From IMG/VR virus record IMGVR_UViG_3300045988_115137: a DNA stretch of 21,316 nt; one strand, 5' to 3'. Source of the DNA: a virus. Lineage: Duplodnaviria; Heunggongvirae; Uroviricota; Caudoviricetes. The position numbers and the translations under genes are program-made. Positions 7,325 to 15,501 of this stretch are shown in pieces. The notes under the pieces are model-generated. The model was not told the origin of the DNA. It searched no databases and saw only the letters and a list, made by a program, of their open reading frames with translations. Within the stretch, counting starts at the first letter, position 1; the number at the start of each line of letters is the position of its first letter.

Positions 7325-8266
7325 TTAAGTTAATTTTAATGAATGGTACTCTATCGAGCTGATTGTAGATGCGATATATTTACGATCATTTACAGAGAGT
7401 ATTGCCGCTAGTAGACGACATACCAGAGCCTGCATTTGTAGCAATATATCGCTACCATATTGACAATCATTGATACTAGAGAAACCAAGCGGTTGCCCAT
7501 TAAAAATGGCTTCATGAAAATTATCATTGCGTATAACTGAAACATTACATTCATCTGTTGCCCATGACGGGATTTTTACACCGTAATTTTCGCACATCCA
7601 ATATACTCTATTTTGATGAGATGGTTTTTTCTCTTTAATGACTTTATCCCTTTCATCCCATGCTATAGCAAAACAGCAATCAAGAGCCATATAAAGATAC
7701 TGGAATTTCTCAAAGGAAAGGTATAGTGGGTTATGTGACAGGAATAGGGAGTGTATCACCGCAGCTATTCTTTTAATGGAGCGATCATCTTTTTGTTTGT
7801 CTTTTATATAGTTAAGTGCTAGCTCTATTACTTCTTTTTCAGAGCATCCAACGAGAATAAAGTCGGTTAACTTAGTGGGCTTGATAGTGGTTGCATCAAG
7901 AAAACCAGCGTCAGTGGTTGTCAATCTTATACCCTTGAAAAAAGAGAGGCACCACACAACAAAGTTGAGAGTTTCTAACGAGGATGTGTTTTTTAATTTT
8001 AGTGTGTGCGTTTTGGGCATGCCGAATACTCGGTAACTATAAGGCATTGTGCATGTGTCACCATTAAGGTTATATACCTTTCGATTCCCAGGGTATATCC
8101 AACCATTAACAACGTTTTTATCATTGTTAATACGTTCCACGTTCTCAATAAGACCGGGTAAAGTACGCAAAGAAAATTGTTCAGTCTCAATGTTAACTTC
8201 TACTGGATAGTATCCAAACTCCGAAATAATCTCATTTGGTTGCTGTTCGTCAACTTCACCTTGCAT
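7325..8266 (-). CDS. Hypothetical protein, candidate anti-phage defense/abortive-infection component (313 aa, no recognisable domain)
   Basis: ORF with ATG at 8264-8266 (minus) preceded by GGAGAAAG at 6-nt spacing. AT-rich. Transcribed leftward from the cos-proximal side, like old in P2, but it lacks the Walker A/ATPase signature expected of Old. Confidence 0.6.
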   Translation of the reverse strand: MQGEVDEQQPNEIISEFGYYPVEVNIETEQFSLRTLPGLIENVERINNDKNVVNGWIYPGNRKVYNLNGDTCTMPYSYRVFGMPKTHTLKLKNTSSLETLNFVVWCLSFFKGIRLTTTDAGFLDATTIKPTKLTDFILVGCSEKEVIELALNYIKDKQKDDRSIKRIAAVIHSLFLSHNPLYLSFEKFQYLYMALDCCFAIAWDERDKVIKEKKPSHQNRVYWMCENYGVKIPSWATDECNVSVIRNDNFHEAIFNGQPLGFSSINDCQYGSDILLQMQALVCRLLAAILSVNDRKYIASTISSIEYHSLKLT

Positions 8267-8504
8267 AACTTTCTCCGTTCAAAAACAGGCACGATAATTC
8301 TCGTAAGCCTATCATGTTCGCAAAGTATCCATACCTGTGGATTTTGTAAATTTAAGTTGATTTGTCATTAAATAAGCCGTTGCATGCAACAAGTGAATGT
8401 TTTTGCATGCGTCGGGGATGTCCGTTCAGGCTGCGTGCGGTCAGGACTGGTGCGGATCCATAGTATCTATGCAACTGCATTAAAACCGCCCCATGAAGCG
8501 GGCG

Positions 8505-8523
8505 GGCGAGGCGGGGAAAGCAC
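8505..8523. other. cos site (19-nt cohesive end sequence, P2-type)
   Basis: The sequence GGCGAGGCGGGGAAAGCAC at 8505-8523 matches the P2 cohesive-end sequence as I recall it. It lies between the variable locus and portal gene Q, as in P2. Confidence 0.6.
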
Positions 8524-8555
8524 TGCGCGCTGACGGTGGTGCTGATTGTATTTTT

Positions 8556-9725
8556 TCAGCGTCTCAGCGCGTCGTGACGGCGCTTAGTCTGCCCGTTGAG
8601 GCGTTGTGTGTCTGCGGGGTGTTTTGTGCGGTGGTGAGCGTGTGAGGGGGGATGACGGGGTGTAAAAAAGCCGCCCGAAGGCGGGGAGGTTATGCGCTGG
8701 TCAGTGTCCAGTGAGTAGTTTTTAAAGCGGATGACCTCCTGACCGAGCCAGCCGTTTATTTCCCGAATTCTGTCCTGTAACGGGATAAGCTCATTGCGGA
8801 CAAAGACCTTTGCCACTTTCTCAATATCTCCCAGTGACCCGACGTTCTCCGGCTTGCCGCCCATCAACTGAAAGGGGATACGGTGCGCGTCCAGCAGGTC
8901 AGCGGCGCTGGCTTTTTTGATATTAAAAAAATCGTCCTTCGTTGCCACTTCACTGAGCGGGATAATTTTAATGCCGTCGGCTTTCCCCTGCGGGGCATAG
9001 AGAAACAGGTTTTTAAAGTTGTTGCGGCCTTTCGACTTCACCATGTTTTCGCGAAGCGTTTCGATATCGTTGCGATCCTGCACGGCATCGGTGACGTACA
9101 TGATGTATCCGGCATGTGCGCCGTTTTCGTAATACTTGCGGCGGAACAGCGTGGCCGACTCATTCAGCCAGGCAGAATTAAGGGCGCTGAGATATTCCGG
9201 CAGGCCGTACAGCTCCTGATTAATATCCGGCTCCAGCAGGTGAAACACGGAGCCGGGCGCGAAGGCTGTCGGCTCGTTGAAGGACGGCACCCACCAGTAA
9301 ACATCCTCCTCCACGCCACGACGGGTATATTTGGCCGGTGAGGTTTCCAGTCTGATGACCTTACCGGTGGTGCTGTAACGCTTTTCCAGAAACGCATTAC
9401 CGAACACCAGAAAATCCAGCACAAAGCGGCTGAAATCCTGTTGCGAAAGCCACGGATGCGGGATAAATGTCGAGGCCAGAATATTGCGTTTAACGTAAAT
9501 CGGTGAGCTGTGATGCACGGCAGCACGCAGGCTTTTTGCCAGACCGGTAAAGCTGACCGGCGGCTCATACCATCTGCCGTTACTGATGCACTCGACGTAA
9601 TCCAGAATGTCACGGCGGTCGAGTACCGGCACCGGCTCACCAAAGGTGAATGCCTCCATTTTCGGGGCGCTGGCGGTCATTGTTTTTGCCGCAGGTTGCG
9701 GTGTTTTCCCTTTTTTCTTGCTCAT
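8556..9725 (-). CDS. Q: Portal protein (P2 gpQ-like); ORF as found carries a probable C-terminal read-through extension
   Basis: 389-aa ORF starting MSKKKGKTPQ..., with its ATG overlapping the stop of P (TGATG). I recall P2 Q as 344 aa. The last ~45 codons are Pro/Arg/His-rich and cross the terminator hairpin, so the true product probably ends near plus-coordinate 8691. Confidence 0.85.
   Translation of the reverse strand: MSKKKGKTPQPAAKTMTASAPKMEAFTFGEPVPVLDRRDILDYVECISNGRWYEPPVSFTGLAKSLRAAVHHSSPIYVKRNILASTFIPHPWLSQQDFSRFVLDFLVFGNAFLEKRYSTTGKVIRLETSPAKYTRRGVEEDVYWWVPSFNEPTAFAPGSVFHLLEPDINQELYGLPEYLSALNSAWLNESATLFRRKYYENGAHAGYIMYVTDAVQDRNDIETLRENMVKSKGRNNFKNLFLYAPQGKADGIKIIPLSEVATKDDFFNIKKASAADLLDAHRIPFQLMGGKPENVGSLGDIEKVAKVFVRNELIPLQDRIREINGWLGQEVIRFKNYSLDTDQRITSPPSGGFFTPRHPPSHAHHRTKHPADTQRLNGQTKRRHDALRR
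8664..8685 (-). terminator. Putative intrinsic terminator at the end of the leftward P-Q late operon
   Basis: On the minus strand a GC stem CCGCC / GGCGG with a 4-nt loop is followed directly by TTTTTT (plus strand: AAAAAA 8664-8669, then CCGCC-CGAA-GGCGG 8671-8684). Confidence 0.45.
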
Positions 9726-11497
9726 CAGTAAAACTCCAGAATGGTGGATGTCAGCGGGGTGCTGATACCGGCGGTGAGTGGCTCATTTAACAGGGCGTGC
9801 ATGGTCGCCCAGGCGAGGTCGGCGTGGCTGGCTTCCTCGCTGCGGCTGGCCTCATAGGTGGCGCTGCGTCCGCTGCTGGTCATGGTCTTGCGGATAGCCA
9901 TAAACGAGCTGGTGATGTCGGTGGCGCTGACGTCATATTCCAGACAGCCACGGCGGATAACGTCTTTTGCCTTGAGCACCATTGCGGTTTTCATTTCCGG
10001 CGTGTAGCGGATATCGCGCGCGGCGGGATAGAACGAGCGCACGAGCTGGAACACGCCGACACCGAGGCCGGTGGCATCAATTCCGATGTATTCGACGTTG
10101 TATTTTTCGGTGAGTTTGCGGATGGATTCAGCCTGAGTGGCAAAGTCCATGCCTTTCCACTGGTGACGCTCAAGTATTCTGAATTTGCCACCGGCCACCA
10201 CCGGCGGTGCCAGTACCACGCATCCGGCGCTGTCGCCACGGTGTGACGGGTCGTAACCAATCCATACCGGTCGGGAGCCGAACGGATTTGCGGCAAACGG
10301 CGCATAGTCTTCCCATTCTTCCAGCGTGTCGACCATGCAGCGTTGCAGCTCCTCGAACGGGAATACCGACGCCTTGTCGTCAACAAATTCACACATGAAC
10401 AGGTTTTTAAAATCGTCGGCGCTGTTTTCGCGTTTAAGCTGCTCAATGTCGAACAATGTGCAGCCACCTTTCAGGGCGTCCTCAATGGTGACAATCTGCC
10501 GCCACTGGCCGTCCGCACAGAGAAGACCTCCGGCAAGGGCGTTATGACTGACGTCGATTTCCACGCGTTCGGCGGCGCTGGCGCGTCCCCGGTTAAACAG
10601 TTCACCGGACCAGAACGGATAGGCGTCGTGCGCCAGCGTGGACGGGGTGGAGAAATAGGTCGAGCGCAGGTGACTCTGTGAGGCCATACCTGATGCCACC
10701 TTACGCAGTACCTGAAAATTCGGGATCCAGAAAATCTCGTCGACGTACAGGTCGCCGTTATGGCTCTGTGCGGTGTTGGAGTTGGTGCCGAGAAAAATCA
10801 GTTTTGCGCCGTTATTGCCCAGGACAATCGGGTCACCGGTCAGGTCAACGTCAACCAGCCGGGCAAAGGCGATGATGTATTCACGGAACACATACGCCTG
10901 CGTTTTACTGGCCGACAGAAAAATCTGGTTATGACCGGTTTTCAGGGCGCGCAGCAGTGCCTCGCGGGAAAAATAAAACGTCGCGCCAATCTGGCGGGAT
11001 TTCAGGATATCGCGGATGCGGTGCTCAAGCCCGGCGCGATACCAGTGCAACTGATAGTCGAAAGACTGCTCAAAGAAAATCTGCTCCAGCTTTTCGATGG
11101 CCTCGTCACTGAAAAAATTTTTTTTCGGTTTGCGCCGCCCGCCTTTGTTGCGGTTAGCGACGTTCGGATTAAGGTCTGCCTCGTTGCCGGTCTGGCTGTA
11201 ACGATTTACCCGTGCCAGTCGTTCAATCTGGCGTCCCAGCAGGTCAATTTCCTTGAAGTCACCGCCGGTTTTCTGCGGTTTGATGATGAGCTGGGTCAGC
11301 CGCGCTTCCAGGCTCATTTCGACACGGCTGATGGGGGCAACGCTGTCCCAGCCGTCGCGCTGTTTCCAGCTCTGCACCGTCGGGCGTTTCATCTGCAACA
11401 TGGCGGCAATCTGCGGCACGGAAAACCCCTGCCAGTACAGCAGCGCCGCCTGACGACGCGGGTCGTGTAAAAGAGTGGTGTCTGTGGTGATGGTCAT
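9725..11497 (-). CDS. P: Terminase large (ATPase) subunit (P2 gpP-like)
   Basis: 590 aa from ATG 11495-11497 (MTITTDTT...); the track start at 11527 is a TTG. The length matches my recollection of P2 P. Its stop overlaps the Q start. Confidence 0.9.
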   Translation of the reverse strand: MTITTDTTLLHDPRRQAALLYWQGFSVPQIAAMLQMKRPTVQSWKQRDGWDSVAPISRVEMSLEARLTQLIIKPQKTGGDFKEIDLLGRQIERLARVNRYSQTGNEADLNPNVANRNKGGRRKPKKNFFSDEAIEKLEQIFFEQSFDYQLHWYRAGLEHRIRDILKSRQIGATFYFSREALLRALKTGHNQIFLSASKTQAYVFREYIIAFARLVDVDLTGDPIVLGNNGAKLIFLGTNSNTAQSHNGDLYVDEIFWIPNFQVLRKVASGMASQSHLRSTYFSTPSTLAHDAYPFWSGELFNRGRASAAERVEIDVSHNALAGGLLCADGQWRQIVTIEDALKGGCTLFDIEQLKRENSADDFKNLFMCEFVDDKASVFPFEELQRCMVDTLEEWEDYAPFAANPFGSRPVWIGYDPSHRGDSAGCVVLAPPVVAGGKFRILERHQWKGMDFATQAESIRKLTEKYNVEYIGIDATGLGVGVFQLVRSFYPAARDIRYTPEMKTAMVLKAKDVIRRGCLEYDVSATDITSSFMAIRKTMTSSGRSATYEASRSEEASHADLAWATMHALLNEPLTAGISTPLTSTILEFY

Positions 11498-11670
11498 GAA
11501 TACCTCGCCGTGATGAATACACGGCAAGGCTACTGAGTCGCGCCCCGCGATTCGCTAAGGTGCTGTTGTGTCAGTGATAAGCCATCCGGGACTGATGGCG
11601 GAGGATGCGCATCGTCGGGAAACTGATGCCGACATGTGACTCCTCTAATCACTATTCAGGACTCCTGACA
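11498..11670. promoter_or_regulatory. Divergent late promoter region between P and O (putative)
   Basis: 173-bp interval between the divergent P (minus) and O (plus) starts, where P2 places two activator-dependent late promoters. I found no exact TGT-N12-ACA dyad by eye, so this is positional inference only. Confidence 0.3.
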
Positions 11671-12525
11671 ATGGCAAAAAAAGTCTCAAAATTCTTTCGT
11701 ATCGGCGTTGAGGGTGACACCTGTGACGGGCGTGTCATCAGTGCGCAGGATATTCAGGAAATGGCCGAAACCTTTGACCCGCGTGTCTATGGTTGCCGCA
11801 TTAACCTGGAACATCTGCGCGGCATCCTGCCTGACGGTATTTTTAAGCGTTATGGCGATGTGGCCGAACTGAAGGCCGAAAAGATTGACGATGATTCGGC
11901 GCTGAAAGGCAAATGGGCGCTGTTTGCGAAAATCACCCCGACCGATGACCTTATCGCGATGAACAAGGCTGCGCAGAAGGTCTACACCTCAATGGAAATT
12001 CAGCCGAACTTTGCCAACACCGGCAAATGTTATCTGGTGGGTCTGGCCGTCACCGATGACCCGGCAAGCCTCGGCACGGAATACCTGGAATTCTGCCGCA
12101 CGGCAAAACACAACCCTCTGAACCGCTTCAAATTAAGCCCTGAAAACCTGATTTCAGTGGCAACGCCTGTTGAGCTGGAATTTGAAGACCTGCCTGAAAC
12201 CGTGTTCACCGCCCTGACCGAAAAGGTGAAATCCATTTTTGGCCGCAAACAGGCCAGCGATGACGCCCGTCTGAATGACGTGCATGAAGCGGTGACCGCT
12301 GTTGCTGAACATGTGCAGGAAAAACTGAGCACCACTGAGCAGCGCCTCGCTGAGATGGAAAACGCCTTTTCCGCACTTAAGCAGGATGTGACTGACAGGG
12401 CGGATGAAACCAGCCAGGCATTCACCCGCCTGAAAAACAGTCTCGACCACACCGAAAGTCTGACCCAGCAGCGCCGCAGCAAGGCCACCGGCGGTGGCGG
12501 TGACGCCCTGATGACGAACTGCTGA
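11671..12525 (+). CDS. O: Capsid scaffolding protein (P2 gpO-like)
   Basis: 284 aa from ATG 11671 (MAKKVSKFF...); the track start at 11605 is upstream and in frame. The length matches P2 O as recalled. It is directly upstream of the major capsid gene. Confidence 0.85.
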   Translation: MAKKVSKFFRIGVEGDTCDGRVISAQDIQEMAETFDPRVYGCRINLEHLRGILPDGIFKRYGDVAELKAEKIDDDSALKGKWALFAKITPTDDLIAMNKAAQKVYTSMEIQPNFANTGKCYLVGLAVTDDPASLGTEYLEFCRTAKHNPLNRFKLSPENLISVATPVELEFEDLPETVFTALTEKVKSIFGRKQASDDARLNDVHEAVTAVAEHVQEKLSTTEQRLAEMENAFSALKQDVTDRADETSQAFTRLKNSLDHTESLTQQRRSKATGGGGDALMTNC

Positions 12526-12583
12526 CCGGCGTCAGTCAGTCCGGGAAAACCTTCACGATTAACCCTTAATTTCAGGAAAAACT

Positions 12584-13657
12584 ATGCGCCAGGAAACCCG
12601 CTTTAAATTTAATGCCTACCTGTCCCGTGTTGCCGAACTGAACGGCATCGACGCCGGTGATGTGTCGAAAAAATTCACCGTTGAACCGTCGGTCACCCAG
12701 ACCCTGATGAACACCATGCAGGAGTCCTCTGACTTTCTGACCCGCATCAACATTGTGCCGGTCAGCGAAATGAAAGGGGAAAAAATTGGTATTGGTGTCA
12801 CCGGCTCCATTGCCAGCACCACCGACACCGCCGGTGGCACCGAGCGTCAGCCGAAGGACTTCTCGAAGCTGGCGTCAAACAAGTACGAATGCGACCAGAT
12901 TAATTTCGATTTTTATATCCGCTACAAAACGCTGGACCTGTGGGCGCGTTATCAGGATTTCCAGCTCCGTGTCCGTAACGCCATTATCAAACGCCAGTCC
13001 CTTGATTTCATCATGGCCGGTTTTAACGGCGTGAGGCGTGCCGAAACCTCTGACCGCAGCAGCAATCCGATGCTGCAGGATGTGGCGGTCGGCTGGCTGC
13101 AGAAATACCGCAATGAAGCCCCGGCGCGCGTGATGAGCAAGGTCACTGACGAGGAAGGTCACACGACCTCTGAGGTCATCCGCGTGGGTAAGGGCGGTGA
13201 TTATGCCAGCCTCGATGCACTGGTGATGGATGCGACCAACAACCTGATTGAGCCGTGGTATCAGGAAGACCCTGACCTTGTGGTGATTGTGGGGCGTCAG
13301 CTACTGGCGGACAAGTATTTCCCCATCGTTAACAAGGAGCAGGACAACAGCGAGATGCTGGCCGCTGACGTCATCATCAGCCAGAAACGCATCGGCAACC
13401 TGCCGGCGGTACGCGTCCCGTACTTCCCGGCGGATGCGATGCTCATCACGAAGCTGGAAAACCTGTCCATCTACTACATGGATGACAGCCATCGCCGCGT
13501 GATTGAGGAAAACCCGAAACTCGACCGCGTGGAGAACTACGAGTCAATGAATATTGATTACGTGGTGGAAGACTACGCCGCCGGTTGTCTGGTGGAAAAA
13601 ATTAAGGTCGGTGATTTCTCCACACTGGCTAAAGCGACCGCAGAGCCGGGAGCGTAA
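12584..13657 (+). CDS. N: Major capsid protein (P2 gpN-like)
   Basis: 357-aa ORF with ATG at 12584 and an AGGA-type SD; length and position match P2 N. Confidence 0.9.
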   Translation: MRQETRFKFNAYLSRVAELNGIDAGDVSKKFTVEPSVTQTLMNTMQESSDFLTRINIVPVSEMKGEKIGIGVTGSIASTTDTAGGTERQPKDFSKLASNKYECDQINFDFYIRYKTLDLWARYQDFQLRVRNAIIKRQSLDFIMAGFNGVRRAETSDRSSNPMLQDVAVGWLQKYRNEAPARVMSKVTDEEGHTTSEVIRVGKGGDYASLDALVMDATNNLIEPWYQEDPDLVVIVGRQLLADKYFPIVNKEQDNSEMLAADVIISQKRIGNLPAVRVPYFPADAMLITKLENLSIYYMDDSHRRVIEENPKLDRVENYESMNIDYVVEDYAAGCLVEKIKVGDFSTLAKATAEPGA

Positions 13658-13660
13658 CCG

Positions 13661-14404
13661 ATGACGAGTCCCGCACAGCGCCACATGATGCGGGTCTCGG
13701 CAGCGATGACCGCGCAGCGGGAAGCCGCCCCGCTGCGACATGCAACTGTCTATGAGCAGATGCTGGTTAAGCTCGCCGCAGACCAGCGCACACTGAAAGC
13801 GATTTATTCAAAAGAGCTGAAGGCCGCGAAAAAACGCGAACTGCTGCCGTTCTGGTTGCCGTGGGTGAACGGCGTGCTGGAGCAGGGCAAAGGTGCACAG
13901 GATGACATTCTGATGACAGTCATGCTGTGGCGTCTGGATACCGGCGATATTGCCGGTGCGCTGGAGATTGCCCGTTATGCCCTGAAGTACGGTCTGACCA
14001 TGCCGGGTAAACACCGCCGCACCCCGCCGTACATGTTCACCGAGGAGGTGGCGCTCGCGGCCATGCGCGCTCACGCTGCCGGTGAGTCTGTGGATCCCCG
14101 CCTGCTGACGGACACCCTTGAACTGACCGCCACGGCTGACATGCCTGATGAAGTGCGCGCAAAGCTGCACAAAATCACCGGTCTGTTTCTGCGTGACGCT
14201 GGTGATGCCGCAGGGGCGCTGGCACACCTGCAACGTGCGACACAGCTCGACTGTCAGGCAGGCGTCAAAAAAGAGATTGAACGACTGGAGCGGGAGCTGA
14301 AACCGAAGCCGGAGCCACAACTCAAAGCGGCCACCCGCGCCCCGCGTAAGACCCGGAGCGTGACACCGGCAAAACGTGGACGCCCGAAAAAGAAAGCCAG
14401 TTAA
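13661..14404 (+). CDS. M: Terminase small/endonuclease subunit (P2 gpM-like)
   Basis: 247-aa ORF with a basic Lys/Arg-rich C-terminus, directly after N; length matches P2 M as recalled. Confidence 0.85.
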   Translation: MTSPAQRHMMRVSAAMTAQREAAPLRHATVYEQMLVKLAADQRTLKAIYSKELKAAKKRELLPFWLPWVNGVLEQGKGAQDDILMTVMLWRLDTGDIAGALEIARYALKYGLTMPGKHRRTPPYMFTEEVALAAMRAHAAGESVDPRLLTDTLELTATADMPDEVRAKLHKITGLFLRDAGDAAGALAHLQRATQLDCQAGVKKEIERLERELKPKPEPQLKAATRAPRKTRSVTPAKRGRPKKKAS

Positions 14405-14503
14405 CAACCGAATGCGCCCCGCGCCAGGGCGGCACGCCGGTCAGTGTGGGTGAATCACCTGACACTGCACCGGCGTCCACCGCCCTACTTTTCAGAGGTA
14501 GTC

Positions 14504-15013
14504 ATGATGACGCTGATTATTCCGCGAAAGGAGGCTCCCGTGTCCGGTGAGGGTACGGTGGTCATCCCGCAACCGGCAGGCGACGAGCCGGTGATTAAAA
14601 ACACGTTCTTTTTTCCCGATATCGACCCGAAGCGCGTCCGGGAACGTATGCGCCTTGAGCAGACCGTCGCCCCCGCCCGTCTGCGTGAGGCCATCAAGTC
14701 AGGCATGGCGGAGACGAATGCGGAGCTGTACGAGTACCGCGAACAGAAAATTGCCGCCGGTTTTACGCGTCTGGCGGACGTCCCGGCGGACGACATCGAC
14801 GGTGAAAGCATCAGGGTTTTTTACTACGAGCGCGCCGTGTGTGCGATGGCGACCGCATCGCTTTATGAGCGTTATCGCGGCGTGGATGCCAGTGCGAAAG
14901 GCGACAAGAAGGCCGACAGCATTGACAGCACCATTGATGAGCTGTGGCGGGATATGCGCTGGGCGGTGGCGCGTATCCAGGACAAGCCGCGCTGCATCGT
15001 GAGTCAAATCTGA
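14504..15013 (+). CDS. L: Head completion/stabilisation protein (P2 gpL-like)
   Basis: 169 aa from ATG 14504 (MMTLIIPRK...); the track start at 14444 is upstream and in frame. Length matches P2 L; its stop overlaps the X start (TGATG). Confidence 0.8.
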   Translation: MMTLIIPRKEAPVSGEGTVVIPQPAGDEPVIKNTFFFPDIDPKRVRERMRLEQTVAPARLREAIKSGMAETNAELYEYREQKIAAGFTRLADVPADDIDGESIRVFYYERAVCAMATASLYERYRGVDASAKGDKKADSIDSTIDELWRDMRWAVARIQDKPRCIVSQI

Positions 15014-15216
15014 TGAAGACCTTTGCGCTACAGGGCGACACGCTCGACGCCATTTGTGTCCGGTATTACGGGCGCACTGAGGGCGTGGTTGAGACCGTGC
15101 TCGCCGCAAATCCGGGACTGGCTGAACTGGGCGCGGTGCTGCCACACGGCACCGCCGTCGAACTGCCCGACGTTCAGACCGCGCCCGTGGCTGAAACTGT
15201 CAATCTGTGGGAGTAA
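15013..15216 (+). CDS. X: Tail protein X (P2 gpX-like)
   Basis: 67 aa from ATG 15013 (MKTFALQGD...); the track start at 14944 is upstream. Length matches P2 X. Confidence 0.75.
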   Translation: MKTFALQGDTLDAICVRYYGRTEGVVETVLAANPGLAELGAVLPHGTAVELPDVQTAPVAETVNLWE

Positions 15217-15219
15217 CGC

Positions 15220-15501
15220 ATGACAGCAGAAGAAAAAAGCGTCCTGTCGCTTTTCATGATTGGGGTGCTGATTGTTGTCGGCAAGGTGCTTGCCGGTGGT
15301 GAACCCATCACCCCGCGTCTGTTTATCGGGCGCATGTTGCTCGGTGGTTTTGTCTCGATGGTTGCCGGTGTTGTTCTGGTGCAGTTTCCTGACCTGTCAC
15401 TGCCTGCAGTGTGCGGCATCGGCTCCATGCTGGGTATCGCCGGTTATCAGGTGATTGAGATTGCCATTCAGCGCCGCTTTAAGGGCAGGGGGAAACCGTA
15501 A
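15220..15501 (+). CDS. Y: Holin (P2 gpY-like)
   Basis: 93-aa ORF with hydrophobic transmembrane-like segments and a charged C-terminus, directly upstream of the endolysin; length matches P2 Y. Confidence 0.75.
   Translation: MTAEEKSVLSLFMIGVLIVVGKVLAGGEPITPRLFIGRMLLGGFVSMVAGVVLVQFPDLSLPAVCGIGSMLGIAGYQVIEIAIQRRFKGRGKP

Noticed and set aside
6325-8266. HEPN-like R-x4-6-H patterns (KRFIVEH in the 226-aa protein, RIAAVIH in the 313-aa protein) and a possible D...ExK nuclease-like pattern (DNKKIILEMK) in the 226-aa protein
   Set aside because: Such short patterns are expected about once by chance in proteins of this size and composition; without structural or profile support they are not evidence of HEPN or PD-(D/E)xK domains.
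7325-8266. Possibility that the minus-strand cargo gene is a truncated P2 old, or that the island encodes a retron reverse transcriptase
   Set aside because: No Walker A or ATPase signature and no YxDD reverse-transcriptase motif is visible in either cargo protein, and the size is about half that recalled for Old.
8177-8371. 64-aa plus-strand ORF spanning the 5' end and promoter region of the 313-aa gene
   Set aside because: It overlaps the start and upstream control region of the minus-strand gene and has no recognisable SD; probably a chance frame.
8883-11470. Opposite-strand ORFs in the track overlapping Q and P (8883-9341, 9164-9643, 9797-10246, 9991-10467, 10343-10681, 10760-11470 and others)
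   Set aside because: They are shadow frames inside high-GC genes with strong P2 synteny and length matches; they lack independent start or SD support and are Arg/Pro/Ala-rich as expected for antisense GC-rich coding DNA.
3658-11527. ORF-track start coordinates for A (3658), P (11527), the orf81-position gene (2909) and the small cargo ORF (6022)
   Set aside because: The first codon at each of these is TTG. Downstream ATG codons with Shine-Dalgarno sequences, and resulting lengths that match P2 proteins, are more plausible, so starts were moved to 3700, 11497, 2912 and 6106.
11498-11670. Exact Ogr-type late-promoter dyad TGT-N12-ACA in the P/O divergent region
   Set aside because: I searched by eye and found no exact match (only GTGA-N9-TCAC at about 11636-11652 and TGT-N10-ACA near V), so no specific activator site is claimed.
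11605-15013. Longer track versions of O (start 11605), L (start 14444) and X (start 14944)
   Set aside because: Internal ATGs at 11671, 14504 and 15013 give the exact P2 lengths as recalled and are translationally coupled or SD-associated; the longer versions would overlap upstream genes or promoters.
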